Assembly (NCBI GenBank): GCA_039931815.1
Contig: JBDTRF010000001.1
Span: 1-50,923, forward strand
Source: Gemmatimonadota bacterium
GTDB taxonomy: Bacteria > Gemmatimonadota > Gemmatimonadetes > Gemmatimonadales > GWC2-71-9
Length of the DNA stretch: 50,923 nt
Direction of reading: 5' to 3'
The notes beneath the pieces were generated by a model that ran no database searches, was not told where the DNA came from, and worked only from the letters and a program-made list of their open reading frames with translations. Below are positions 27,245-36,371 of the stretch, one piece after another (position 1 is the first letter of the stretch; each line of letters opens with the position of its first letter). Position numbers and translations under genes: made by a program.

Positions 27245-28098
27245 TGGCTCACCTTGCTTCTTGAAGACGTCACCAGGGGCGGCGGTTCCGCCACCAGGTC
27301 TTCCATGACGCCGTAGACCTGTTGTTGCTCGCGAATCCACTGGGACGTGCCGCCCAGGGTCGTCGCGATTTCATCGATGCGCTGCGAAAGGAGATCGGGA
27401 TCGGTAGAGAGTACCGCCTGCTCGCGAATCAATTCGACCTGCTCCTGGATGCGGGTCAACTCGGCTTCGAGAAACGCCAGCTTGCCGGTGCCTTCGTTGC
27501 GCTGGTCCTTTCGCTGGGTGAGCAATTCCAGCTGGCCGGTCAGACTCCGCCGGAGATCGTCGCCGATGGATTCGTCCGCCAGCCGCTTATTGAGGTCCGC
27601 GATTCTTTTCTCAAGCCGCAGATTCTGGGGATCGGCCTCGTCCACCAGCACCTTGTCGATCGCCTGCCGCATGAGCAGCAGCCGGAGGTACATCCAGACG
27701 AGTCGACTCAGGGACGCGCTCTGGGTCTCGATCCCTGTGTTCGCCGCGCCGCCGACCGAAGTCTGCTGCTCAAGGATGGACCGGCATCGCGCCAGCAGCG
27801 CCACGTAGCGACGCTGGTCGCTTTCGCTCAGCTTCCCCGCCAGCTGCTCGATCTTTCCAGTCCAGTCTCCCTCCGAGGTCGCATTCGCGCGCGCGGCGAT
27901 GACCCGCTGAAACCGACCGTTGGTCACCAGGACGCCGAGATACCCCAGTTCCAGGCCGGCCCCGATCACCCAGAAACCGGGATTGAGGACACCCAGGAAT
28001 CCGAACAAGGCGATTCCCATCCAGTTCGGGGGAATCCACATCCCAAACGGACGGGCGCTAAACGCCGCTTTGACATATTGCCAGAATCCCAGCTTCAT
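27241..28098 (-). CDS. 2-TM membrane protein with long cytoplasmic coiled-coil domain, family unknown
   Basis: 285 aa. Hydrophobic hairpin WIPPNWMGIALFGFLGVLNPGFWVIGAGLELGYLGVLV, then ~200 aa of heptad-rich helix (LRLEKRIADLNKRLADE, LAFLEAELTRIQEQVELIREQ). Acidic, proline-rich tail MEDLVAEPPPLV. Confidence 0.75.
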   Translation of the reverse strand: MKLGFWQYVKAAFSARPFGMWIPPNWMGIALFGFLGVLNPGFWVIGAGLELGYLGVLVTNGRFQRVIAARANATSEGDWTGKIEQLAGKLSESDQRRYVALLARCRSILEQQTSVGGAANTGIETQSASLSRLVWMYLRLLLMRQAIDKVLVDEADPQNLRLEKRIADLNKRLADESIGDDLRRSLTGQLELLTQRKDQRNEGTGKLAFLEAELTRIQEQVELIREQAVLSTDPDLLSQRIDEIATTLGGTSQWIREQQQVYGVMEDLVAEPPPLVTSSRSKVSQ

Positions 28099-28192
28099 GG
28101 ATAAGGCGTTGGCGTTGTGAGAGTTGGGTCAGACGTGCGGCCCGGCGAACGCCGGTCTCGACGACCTCGCGGCCTGGTTTCGGAACCGCCGC

Positions 28193-28237
28193 GAGGCAGG
28201 TGCGGGGAAAGATACCGGGAGTTGGAGCTATGTCGAG
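28193..28237 (-). promoter_or_regulatory. sigma70-like promoter element upstream of the membrane-protein/AAA+ operon (copy B of the duplicated element)
   Basis: Minus strand: TCGACA (plus 28231..28236), 16-nt spacer, TATCTT (plus 28209..28214). The predicted 5' end folds into a 9-bp perfect stem, CCTCGCGGC / GCCGCGAGG (28165..28196). Confidence 0.4.
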
Positions 28238-28646
28238 TGACAAAACACCGGTTCCTCGAGGACCGTTCAGCGAACGCTCGAGGGGATTCACTTCGAGGGA
28301 CAGGAGAGCCCGCGACGGAGGAAAGGGATGGAGGGTCGTACGGACATCCGCGGGCAGGATCAGCACAGTCCATTTGAAATACCTGCCATGGTTGTGTCTG
28401 CCTGGCTTTCCCTACCGTGTTACCGCTTCGACGCGGATAAAAATCGAAACGACACGAATCAGTGGATACGGCGATTCACAGGAAACCTTCCTGAAGGCCT
28501 TCACATCTTTGCTTTGTTCTCTGATCGATGATCCGCTGTTCCGCGCCATGTCCGCTGGATTTCCGGTTGAGCGGTAGCGCGGTTCTCTGTCCCGGGATTC
28601 ATCGAGAGCGGCGGTGCAGGCAGGTACTCCAGCATCAGCAGTATGG

Positions 28647-28678
28647 AAAAAAGGCGCCGCTCGATTGAGCGGCGCCTT
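28647..28678 (-). terminator. rho-independent terminator after the M16 peptidase gene
   Basis: Minus strand reads AAGGCGCCGCTC-AATC-GAGCGGCGCCTT followed by TTTTTT (12-bp perfect stem). It lies about 20 nt after the stop at 28699. Confidence 0.85.
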
Positions 28679-28698
28679 GTTCATGAAGCGATCACCGT

Positions 28699-31482
28699 TC
28701 AGGGCGTGGTACTCTTGATCGGATTGCCGTCGGCATCGATCAGGTGTATCTCACCCAGGTTGAGTTCTCGAATCCCGGCCTCGATCCTGGCCCGGTCTCC
28801 CACGACAACCCAGATGAGCTGATCCGGCGCGATGACTTCCCTGGAGGCGGGTGTCAACTGGGCCGGGGTCAACGCCTGGACCCTGGCACCGAACGTATCG
28901 TAATAGTTGTCGGGCAGGCCGTACGTCACGATATCGGCGATCGATCCCTGCACTGCCCCCATGGTCTCCCACTGGCCGGGAAGGGTGAGCGTCATTGTCG
29001 CCTGGGCTTTCTCGAGTTCAGGCGGCTCAGCCGGTCGATTCGTCTGGATCGAGTGCAGCTCCTTGACCAGCTCGGCCATCGATTCCCTGGTCTTGTCGGT
29101 TTGGACTGGTGCGTACGCAAAGAACGGTCGCTGCCCCTTGGCATCCCACAAGACCGTGAAGGCGCCGTACGACCAGTGCTTATCCTCCCGGAGATTCATG
29201 TTCACCCGGGACGTGAAGTTTCCACCGAGAACGGTGTTCATCGCCTGGATGGCGACTTCGTCCGGGTTCGACTTTGAGGGCGCGACATTGCCTGCAAAAA
29301 TCACCGACTGATCGGAGCCAGGACGATCCACGATATAGACAGCCGGCTTCGCCGGAAGGCTTACCGCAGCAATGTTCTTGGTCGGCACCGAGCCGCTCTG
29401 CCATCCCGCAAACAATCGCTCCAGCTTCGGCTTGATCTCGGCCATGGTCGTGGCGCCGACCACGATGAGCGTGGCGTTGTTCGGCTTGAACCATGTCCGA
29501 TGGAACGCGACCAGGTCCTGCCGCGTGATACTGGTTACCGAGGCGGTGGTACCAGAGCCCGTGAGCGGATTGCCATAGGCGTGCTTTTCTCCGTACAGGA
29601 GATGGGGGAATACGCGAAGGGCCATCGACACGGGTTGAACTTTTTCCCGCTGAATACCGGCCAGCCGCTGACGCTGGAGACGTCCAAAGTCCGCGACCGG
29701 GAACGACGGGTGCAGGATGACGTCGGCGAAGAGTGCGAGTGAGGGATCGAGATTTTCCTTGAGCGCCGAGAGCGTGACCTGGGACATGTCGAGACCCGAG
29801 CCCGAGCCAAGGAATGCCCCGAGCATGGCCAGCGTGTCGCTGATCTGCAGTGCGTTGAGGCTTGTCGTCCCCTCGTCCATCATGTTCATGGCCAGGCTCG
29901 CCGTTCCCGGCTTGCCGAACTGATCGGCGGCATAGCCAGCATCGACCAGCAGTTCCAGGTTCACCTGCGGAACCGCGCGCCGTTCCGCCAAGATGATCTT
30001 GAGTCCATTGGACAGGGTATCCCGAACAAAGGCGGGAAACCTTACTGCTGGCGGCGCGGCGGGAACCGGGACCTTGCTCCGATCAACCCCGGTGCTGTCG
30101 GCCGCGAATTCGGGGAAGGGCTCGACGGTCAGGATGTAGACTCCATCGGAGAGCCACTGCTTCGATGCGGCCAGCAGTCGCGCCGGCGTCGCGCCGGCGA
30201 CCCAGGCGTTGATGGTCTTGTAATGATCGGGAGATCCCGCGAAGACTTCGCCCTGAGCCAGGACGTCGCTCTTCCCGCCGAATCCGCCAATCCGCTCGAC
30301 GCCGCGAATGAAGTTGGCCCGGAAGCGGGTCTGCACCCGATGCACTTCACGGACGGTGGGACCGGTCGCGAGGAACTTGTGCACCTCCTCGTTGATCGCC
30401 CGCTCGACTGCGGCAGGGTCGCCGCCGGGTTTCACCGTCGCCTGGATCAGGAACTGCCCACCGATTTCGCGAGGATCGGTAAACACACCGACATCGGTCG
30501 CACTCTGGTCGTCGTAGACCAGGCGCTTGTAGAGCCGGCTGGTCTTGCCGGACCCGAGGACATCGCTCACCAGGTCGAGATAGGTCTCATCCTGCGAGCC
30601 CCACTCGGGAATATTCCAGACCATGTAAATCCGGGTCTGCGGCACCCGGTCCTGCATGCTCTGGCGATGGACTCCGGTTCGCGGCGCAACCCAGACACCC
30701 TGGTGGGTAACCGGCGGGCCGGAAGGAATGTCGCCGAAATACTGCTCGACTTTCTGCCGGGCCGTGGCGGCATCGATGTCGCCGGCGAGCACGATTACGG
30801 CGTTCGCGGCGCCGTAGGAGGTTCGGAACCATTCCTTCACATCTTCCAGCGACGCGGCATCCAGATCTTCCATGGAACCAATCACGGTCCAGGAATAGGG
30901 GTGGCCCGCCGGGTACGTCGCCTCGGTGATGAGCTGTTCGGTCTTGCCGTACGGCTCATTCTCTCCCTGGCGTTTTTCGTTCTGCACCACTCCGCGCTGC
31001 TCCGTCAACTTGGCGCTGTCGAGCACGCCGAGAAGATGACCCATCCGGTCCGACTCCATCCAGAGCGCCATGTCGAGCGCCGGGGTTGGCACGTTCTCGA
31101 AATAGTTCGTCCGGTCGTTGTTGGTCGTGCCGTTCTGATCGGTGGCTCCCGCCTGTTCGAAGGGCCCGAAGTAATCCGTGTTGTAATTTTCCGACCCGTT
31201 GAACATGAGGTGCTCGAAGAGATGGGCGAAACCGGTCCGGCCGGGCCGCTCATTCTTGGAGCCGACGTGATACCAGATGTTGACGGCCACGATCGGCGCC
31301 TTGTGGTCCTCGTGAACGATGAGCGTCAGTCCGTTCTTGAGCACGAAGCGCTGATAGGGAATATCGATGGCGGTTGAAGCACGTGCGCGAGCAGCCGGTG
31401 CCTGGGCGATAAGGGGCAGACCCAGGCCGGTCAACGCCGCTGCCAGCGCCAGGGGGCGAAGAAATACCACGGGGGTACACAT
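28699..31482 (-). CDS. M16-family (pitrilysin/insulinase-like) zinc peptidase, fused active and inactive halves, secreted
   Basis: 927 aa with a signal peptide. Inverted zincin motif FAHLFEHLMFNGS (HxxEH) with downstream ENE-type Glu (VVQNEKRQGENEP). The second half repeats the M16 fold without HxxEH. Confidence 0.9.
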   Translation of the reverse strand: MCTPVVFLRPLALAAALTGLGLPLIAQAPAARARASTAIDIPYQRFVLKNGLTLIVHEDHKAPIVAVNIWYHVGSKNERPGRTGFAHLFEHLMFNGSENYNTDYFGPFEQAGATDQNGTTNNDRTNYFENVPTPALDMALWMESDRMGHLLGVLDSAKLTEQRGVVQNEKRQGENEPYGKTEQLITEATYPAGHPYSWTVIGSMEDLDAASLEDVKEWFRTSYGAANAVIVLAGDIDAATARQKVEQYFGDIPSGPPVTHQGVWVAPRTGVHRQSMQDRVPQTRIYMVWNIPEWGSQDETYLDLVSDVLGSGKTSRLYKRLVYDDQSATDVGVFTDPREIGGQFLIQATVKPGGDPAAVERAINEEVHKFLATGPTVREVHRVQTRFRANFIRGVERIGGFGGKSDVLAQGEVFAGSPDHYKTINAWVAGATPARLLAASKQWLSDGVYILTVEPFPEFAADSTGVDRSKVPVPAAPPAVRFPAFVRDTLSNGLKIILAERRAVPQVNLELLVDAGYAADQFGKPGTASLAMNMMDEGTTSLNALQISDTLAMLGAFLGSGSGLDMSQVTLSALKENLDPSLALFADVILHPSFPVADFGRLQRQRLAGIQREKVQPVSMALRVFPHLLYGEKHAYGNPLTGSGTTASVTSITRQDLVAFHRTWFKPNNATLIVVGATTMAEIKPKLERLFAGWQSGSVPTKNIAAVSLPAKPAVYIVDRPGSDQSVIFAGNVAPSKSNPDEVAIQAMNTVLGGNFTSRVNMNLREDKHWSYGAFTVLWDAKGQRPFFAYAPVQTDKTRESMAELVKELHSIQTNRPAEPPELEKAQATMTLTLPGQWETMGAVQGSIADIVTYGLPDNYYDTFGARVQALTPAQLTPASREVIAPDQLIWVVVGDRARIEAGIRELNLGEIHLIDADGNPIKSTTP

Positions 31483-31631
31483 GAAGGCTCCAGGATCGTA
31501 GGAAGGTATCGGACTATAACGCGGTGGCCCGCCCGATTCCAGAACAGCGGTTTCCTCCGGGGCGGCCGGTTATTGCGCCCGATGGCTTCGGGTGTATAGT
31601 AGATCTTCCTCCTACCCTGCTGAGAGTCCAA

Positions 31632-32801
31632 ATGCGCACAATTCCATGGCGCCTGGCCCCATCGGCCGTACTCCTGGCGTGTTCTCTTTCTTGTGAAAAG
31701 AAGGCGGAAACAGCAGTACAGGGGAGCGCGGCAACCCGCATCACGATCACCCCGACCTCCGATGCGCGAGCCGATGCGCGGGCCTATCTCGCCAGGCTCT
31801 GTCCCGCACCGATTGGCGGGGAACTCAACTTCATGGTCTGGGAGGGATACACGGACACACTCTTCACCCAGCCGTTTGAAGAAGCCTGTGGGGTCAAGGT
31901 CAATGCGACCTACATGGGCTCGAGCGACGATCTGGTCGCCAAGCTTCGGGCGGGCGGGGCACAGACGATCGACCTCGTCTCACCCTCGAGCGATGCCATT
32001 ACCCAGATCATCACGGCCGGCCTGGCAATGCCCCTCAACCTCGCACGCATTCCCAGCTACAACGACCTGATGCCGAGCTTCCGGAGCCTGAGCCTGGCCA
32101 GGAAAGACACATTGGTCTACGGTGTGCCCTGGGCGTTCGGACCCAACCCGCTCATTTACGATACGACCAAGGTGATTCCCGCGCCCGATTCCTGGGGCGC
32201 GCTCTGGGATCGGAAATATCGCGGCAAACTCTCTCTCCAGGACGATATCGCGAGCCTCTGGATGGTGGCGCAGTATCTCCGCATGGATAGCACGGACCAG
32301 ACCCACCTCTACAATCTGTCGGACGAGGAACTGGCCCGGGTCAAGGCCAAGATGCTCGAGCTCAAGCCCAATGTCCGGAAATACTGGGCGACCGCCGGGG
32401 ACATGATCCAGCTTTTCCAGAGTGGCGAGATCGTCGCGGGTGAAGGGTGGCCGCTCATGACGGCGCAGCTTCGGGCCGCCGGATTCCCGGCGGGCGAGGT
32501 GATTCCAAAGGAAGGAACCACGGCGTGGGCCGATCACTGGGTCATGACGTCCGGTGCGAAGAACCTGGACGCCGCGTATGCCTGGCTCGAGTACGCGTCT
32601 CAGCCGTTTACCCAGAAGCTGCTGGCCGATGTCACTAACTATATCGTCGCGAATCCCGCGGCCAGGACGTACATGACGCCGGAACAGGTCGCGACGCAGC
32701 GCGATATCTCGGACTATGGGACCAAGGTGAACTTCTGGCAGTGGAGTCCGCGGCGGGATAAGTACCAGGAGGTATGGAACGAGGTGAAGTCAGCCCACTA
32801 G
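31632..32801 (+). CDS. potD: spermidine/putrescine ABC transporter substrate-binding lipoprotein (PotD/PotF family)
   Basis: Track ORF trimmed to MRTIPWRLAPSAVLLACSLSC (lipobox). Contains LNFMVWEGY, DLVSPSSD, YGVPWAFGPNPLIYD and EGTTAWADHW, which are typical PotD/PotF-type blocks. Lies upstream of potABC-like genes. Confidence 0.8.
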   Translation: MRTIPWRLAPSAVLLACSLSCEKKAETAVQGSAATRITITPTSDARADARAYLARLCPAPIGGELNFMVWEGYTDTLFTQPFEEACGVKVNATYMGSSDDLVAKLRAGGAQTIDLVSPSSDAITQIITAGLAMPLNLARIPSYNDLMPSFRSLSLARKDTLVYGVPWAFGPNPLIYDTTKVIPAPDSWGALWDRKYRGKLSLQDDIASLWMVAQYLRMDSTDQTHLYNLSDEELARVKAKMLELKPNVRKYWATAGDMIQLFQSGEIVAGEGWPLMTAQLRAAGFPAGEVIPKEGTTAWADHWVMTSGAKNLDAAYAWLEYASQPFTQKLLADVTNYIVANPAARTYMTPEQVATQRDISDYGTKVNFWQWSPRRDKYQEVWNEVKSAH

Positions 32802-33072
32802 TGGATCGGTAAACCGATTGTCGGCCGCTGGGGGTCGAACAGTTCACCACGGAATGCACGGAAGATTCTGAAGGGTGATGATGACCATTCCGATCACCAA
32901 TGTGGAGTGGTCGCTCCTCCGTGTTGTATCCGTGAACTGTGTGGCTCCATGGTGAAGCACCGGCAGGCCCGCGAGCGGAACGCGAGTTGCCAGCCTCCAT
33001 GGCGCTATCGCTTGAAGTGCGGATGAGCGGTAGCGCTGCCCGCAAAACTCTTCCCGGGATTCCTCCATCGCC

Positions 33073-34170
33073 TTGCCTCCGCCGATCCTCGAACTCCGTA
33101 ACCTGACCCGCCGATTCGGCGAGTTCACTGCGCTCGACGGAGTCTCGCTCGAGATTGCCGCCGGCGAGTTTCTCACCCTCCTCGGCGCATCGGGCTCGGG
33201 CAAGACTACGACCCTTCGGTTGATCGCGGGATTCGATCGGCCCGACCGGGGAAGTATTCTCATGGATGGCCAGGATATCGCCGGCCTCCCGCCATTCAAA
33301 CGCAATATCAATACTGTCTTCCAGCAATACGCGCTTTTCCCTCACATGAGCGTACGAGACAACGTCGGCTACGGCCTCCGGATGCGCCACGTCCCCAAGC
33401 CGGACATCGCGCGTCGCGTGAGCGAGGCCCTGGACATGGTCCAGATGGCGCACCTCGAGGCGCGGGCTCCTCGCCAACTCTCCGGAGGGCAGCAGCAGCG
33501 GGTGGCCCTGGCCCGAGCGCTGGTGAATCGACCTCGGGTCCTGCTGCTCGATGAGCCTTTGGGTGCGCTCGATCTCAAACTTCGGAAGGAGATGCAGCTC
33601 GAGCTCAAGCACCTCCAGGCGCTGGTGGGAATCACCTTCATCTACGTGACCCACGACCAGGAAGAAGCGCTCACCATGTCCGATCGGATCGTGGTCATGC
33701 GGCAGGGGCGGATCGAACAGATCGGCACCTCGCGTGAGATCTACACGCAGCCCCGTTCGAGGTATGTCGCCGGATTTATCGGCGAGACAAACCTGCTCAA
33801 AGGGAGGGTGACCCGACACTCTGGCGATCAGGTGTCGCTCGACCTGGGCGACAGCCAGATTCGAGCGCGGGCGGGAGAAGTTACGGTTTCCCCCGGCCAG
33901 GTCGTGTGGCTGTCGGTCCGGCCCGAATCGCTCACGATGAACCCGGTGGCGTCGTCGGCAGAGCTGAACCGGCTGGCTGGTGACGTGGCCGACATCGTCT
34001 ACGCAGGCAGCACCACGCGAATCCATCTGGCATTGCCGGGCGGTGAGCGAATGGTGGTGCACGAGGAGGCTGGGCGAGTTCCTCCGAATGTGGGCGCAAG
34101 AGTTACCGCGACATGGCCAGTGGAAAGTGGTGTGTTGCTGCCCCAGGATCCTGAGGAGGCGGCTTCATGA
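33073..34170 (+). CDS. potA: spermidine/putrescine ABC transporter ATP-binding protein
   Basis: TTG start. Near-collinear with E. coli PotA as I remember it: [92 protein letters not shown] and FVAGFIGE.N. Confidence 0.95.
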   Translation: MPPPILELRNLTRRFGEFTALDGVSLEIAAGEFLTLLGASGSGKTTTLRLIAGFDRPDRGSILMDGQDIAGLPPFKRNINTVFQQYALFPHMSVRDNVGYGLRMRHVPKPDIARRVSEALDMVQMAHLEARAPRQLSGGQQQRVALARALVNRPRVLLLDEPLGALDLKLRKEMQLELKHLQALVGITFIYVTHDQEEALTMSDRIVVMRQGRIEQIGTSREIYTQPRSRYVAGFIGETNLLKGRVTRHSGDQVSLDLGDSQIRARAGEVTVSPGQVVWLSVRPESLTMNPVASSAELNRLAGDVADIVYAGSTTRIHLALPGGERMVVHEEAGRVPPNVGARVTATWPVESGVLLPQDPEEAAS

Positions 34171-35153
34171 CCCAGGTCTCCGCCCCGACGCCTGCGTCTC
34201 CCCATATCCGGCGGACACCGCTCGACTACATCCGGGCGCGGCCCAGGCTCAAGACGTTCATCGGCAGCGCCGTTCCCGTCGGCTGGGTGACCGTTCTTCT
34301 TCTCATCCCCTACGTCCTGCTCCTCGTCCAGTCATTCTGGAAACTGGAAAACGGGACCATCACTCACCAGCTTACCCTCGACAACTATCGCCGGCTGTTT
34401 GGAACGGCGCTCTATCCCGACACGATACTTTTTTCCGCTGGTATCGCGCTTCGGGTGACCCTGTTCTCGCTGCTGCTGGCATATCCACTGGCGTATCTCC
34501 TCGCGTTCAAGGTCAAACGCCATCGCAACCTGATGTACATGGCTGTGATCATCCCGCTCTGGGTGAGCTACCTCGTGCGCGCGTACGCCTGGAAAATCAT
34601 TCTCGGCCAGGAAGGCATTCTGAATGGCCTCCTTCTGTCGATCGGCGTCATCCAGGAACCGCTCACCGTTCTTCTCTACAGCAAGTGGGCCCTGATCATC
34701 GCGTTGACGCACATCTATACCCCGTTCACCCTGATGCCGATCTTCGCGGTGCTGGAGGCCATCCCGGCTTCACTCAGGGAAGCGAGCCAGGATCTCTATG
34801 CCAGCCGATGGCAGACTTTTCGGCGCATCATTCTGCCGCTCTCGATACCCGGCGTAGTGGCTGGGTGCACTTTTGCGTTCGTCCTGAGCATGGGAGACTT
34901 CCTGGCCCCTCAGCTCCTGGGTGGTAACGATAGCGCGCTGATGGTGTCGAACCTGGTGTGGAGCCTCTTTGGCGTCGCGTACAACTGGCCGCTGGGAGCC
35001 GCGGTCTCGGTCGTGATGCTGGCGCTCACGATGGTGCTGCTCTGGCTGGCGAATACGATCGAAAAACGGATGAGCTATTCGGGAACGATGCATCAGGGAG
35101 GTGGAGAAGCGGACAGGAAAAATATCATGGCATCCCGGGCTGGCGCGCTATGA
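34167..35153 (+). CDS. potB: polyamine ABC transporter permease (PotB-like)
   Basis: Six-TM BPD-transporter permease with EAA loop region (LEAIPASLREASQDLYASRWQTFRRIILP). 4-nt overlap with potA. Confidence 0.9.
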   Translation: MTQVSAPTPASPHIRRTPLDYIRARPRLKTFIGSAVPVGWVTVLLLIPYVLLLVQSFWKLENGTITHQLTLDNYRRLFGTALYPDTILFSAGIALRVTLFSLLLAYPLAYLLAFKVKRHRNLMYMAVIIPLWVSYLVRAYAWKIILGQEGILNGLLLSIGVIQEPLTVLLYSKWALIIALTHIYTPFTLMPIFAVLEAIPASLREASQDLYASRWQTFRRIILPLSIPGVVAGCTFAFVLSMGDFLAPQLLGGNDSALMVSNLVWSLFGVAYNWPLGAAVSVVMLALTMVLLWLANTIEKRMSYSGTMHQGGGEADRKNIMASRAGAL

Positions 35154-35995
35154 TAGCCCGGGCCGCGCCGTCAACGCCGATCCATCGACGTCAATCGCCA
35201 GACTGGGTCTCGGCGGGGTTGTGGAGTGTTGGTGTCGGCGTGTTCCTCTTCATCTATTTGCCGTTGCTGGTCGTCGTGGTTTATGCCTTTCACGATTCCA
35301 GTATCATCGCGTGGCCGCTCAAGCTGGGGACGCTTCGATGGTTCTCCACGCTGGCCCACGACCGGGGCATGATTGACGCGGCGCTGGCCAGTTTCAAACT
35401 CGCGATCCTCACCGTCATGATCTCAGTAACGATCGGCGTGCCGGGCGCATTCGTGCTCGACCGCATGGAGTTCCCGGGCAAGGAAGCTTTCCGACGCATG
35501 GTGCTCCTGCCGCTCATCCTCCCCGGCATCATAACCGGCGTGGCACTGCTCACCTATTTTTCGCTGCTCAAAGTGAGTTTGTCCAGCGGGTTCCCTTTCG
35601 TCCCCGGGTGGCCGGTCGTCCTGGGACACAGCGCCGCGCTCACGTCGATCGTCGTGACCCAGGTCTTTGCCCGGCTGCAGCGGGTCGATCGTTCCCAGGA
35701 AGAGGCCAGCCAGGACCTGTACGCCAGTGAATGGAAAACGTTCTGGTTTGTCACTTTGCCCAATATCCGGACCGCCGTCCTCGGTGCCGCTCTGCTGGTG
35801 TTCACGCTGAGCCTGGACGAAATCGCGGTGACCTTCTTTCTGATCGGCCGGCAGAACACGCTGCCACTTCAGATCTGGGGACAGCTGCGTCGAGGGATCA
35901 CCCCCGAGGTCAACGCGATCGCAACGGTGATCTTCGCGCTTTCCGTCGGGGTCATTGTCATCTGGGCCAGGTTGATGAAGCAGGACGAGAGATGA
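35150..35995 (+). CDS. potC: polyamine ABC transporter permease (PotC-like)
   Basis: Track ORF trimmed to ATG 35150, which overlaps the potB stop as ATGA. EAA loop RVDRSQEEASQDLYASEWKTFWFVTLP. Confidence 0.9.
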   Translation: MIARAAPSTPIHRRQSPDWVSAGLWSVGVGVFLFIYLPLLVVVVYAFHDSSIIAWPLKLGTLRWFSTLAHDRGMIDAALASFKLAILTVMISVTIGVPGAFVLDRMEFPGKEAFRRMVLLPLILPGIITGVALLTYFSLLKVSLSSGFPFVPGWPVVLGHSAALTSIVVTQVFARLQRVDRSQEEASQDLYASEWKTFWFVTLPNIRTAVLGAALLVFTLSLDEIAVTFFLIGRQNTLPLQIWGQLRRGITPEVNAIATVIFALSVGVIVIWARLMKQDER

Positions 35996-36371
35996 TGGTG
36001 AATCCGGCAGCAGGGTCCGCGGCCGGAACAGGGAAACCCGGAAGACATCGCGCCCCGCTGCGTCCTGGGCTGACCTCATTGCCGAATGCCGTTTGCCCTT
36101 TGCTCACGAACCAGGCCCCCGCAATTCGCGATACGCGAGAGTGTGACCAATAGCACACAACATCACGATGTTCACCTCGCTTTCACGCTCATTTCATCAC
36201 GACATCGTATAGTCACTGGGTACCGTCGTGTGACGGCGCGCTGGAGCAGTTCCCTCCGCAGTTCAGTGTAATCTCTGAATAAAACCGAGGTGCATCCCCA
36301 GCTCTGACGGATCGGGCGTGCCACGCGCATGCGCCCGGGACGCAAGCAGTTCTTTATCGATGAGGCAGACA

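Noticed and set aside
28508-28520. 13-mer TGCTTTGTTCTCT shared between 28508.. and the terminator tail at 37978.., which might suggest a dispersed repeat.
   Set aside because: Exact 13-mer matches are expected by chance many times among all position pairs of a 51-kb window. There is no extended similarity around either copy.
28200-28577. 125-aa plus-strand ORF upstream of the membrane-protein gene.
   Set aside because: It starts inside the promoter-like element, has poor coding character and no family resemblance. Only the internal 67-codon version with a GGAGGA RBS (28328..28531) is kept, as a low-priority note in the findings.
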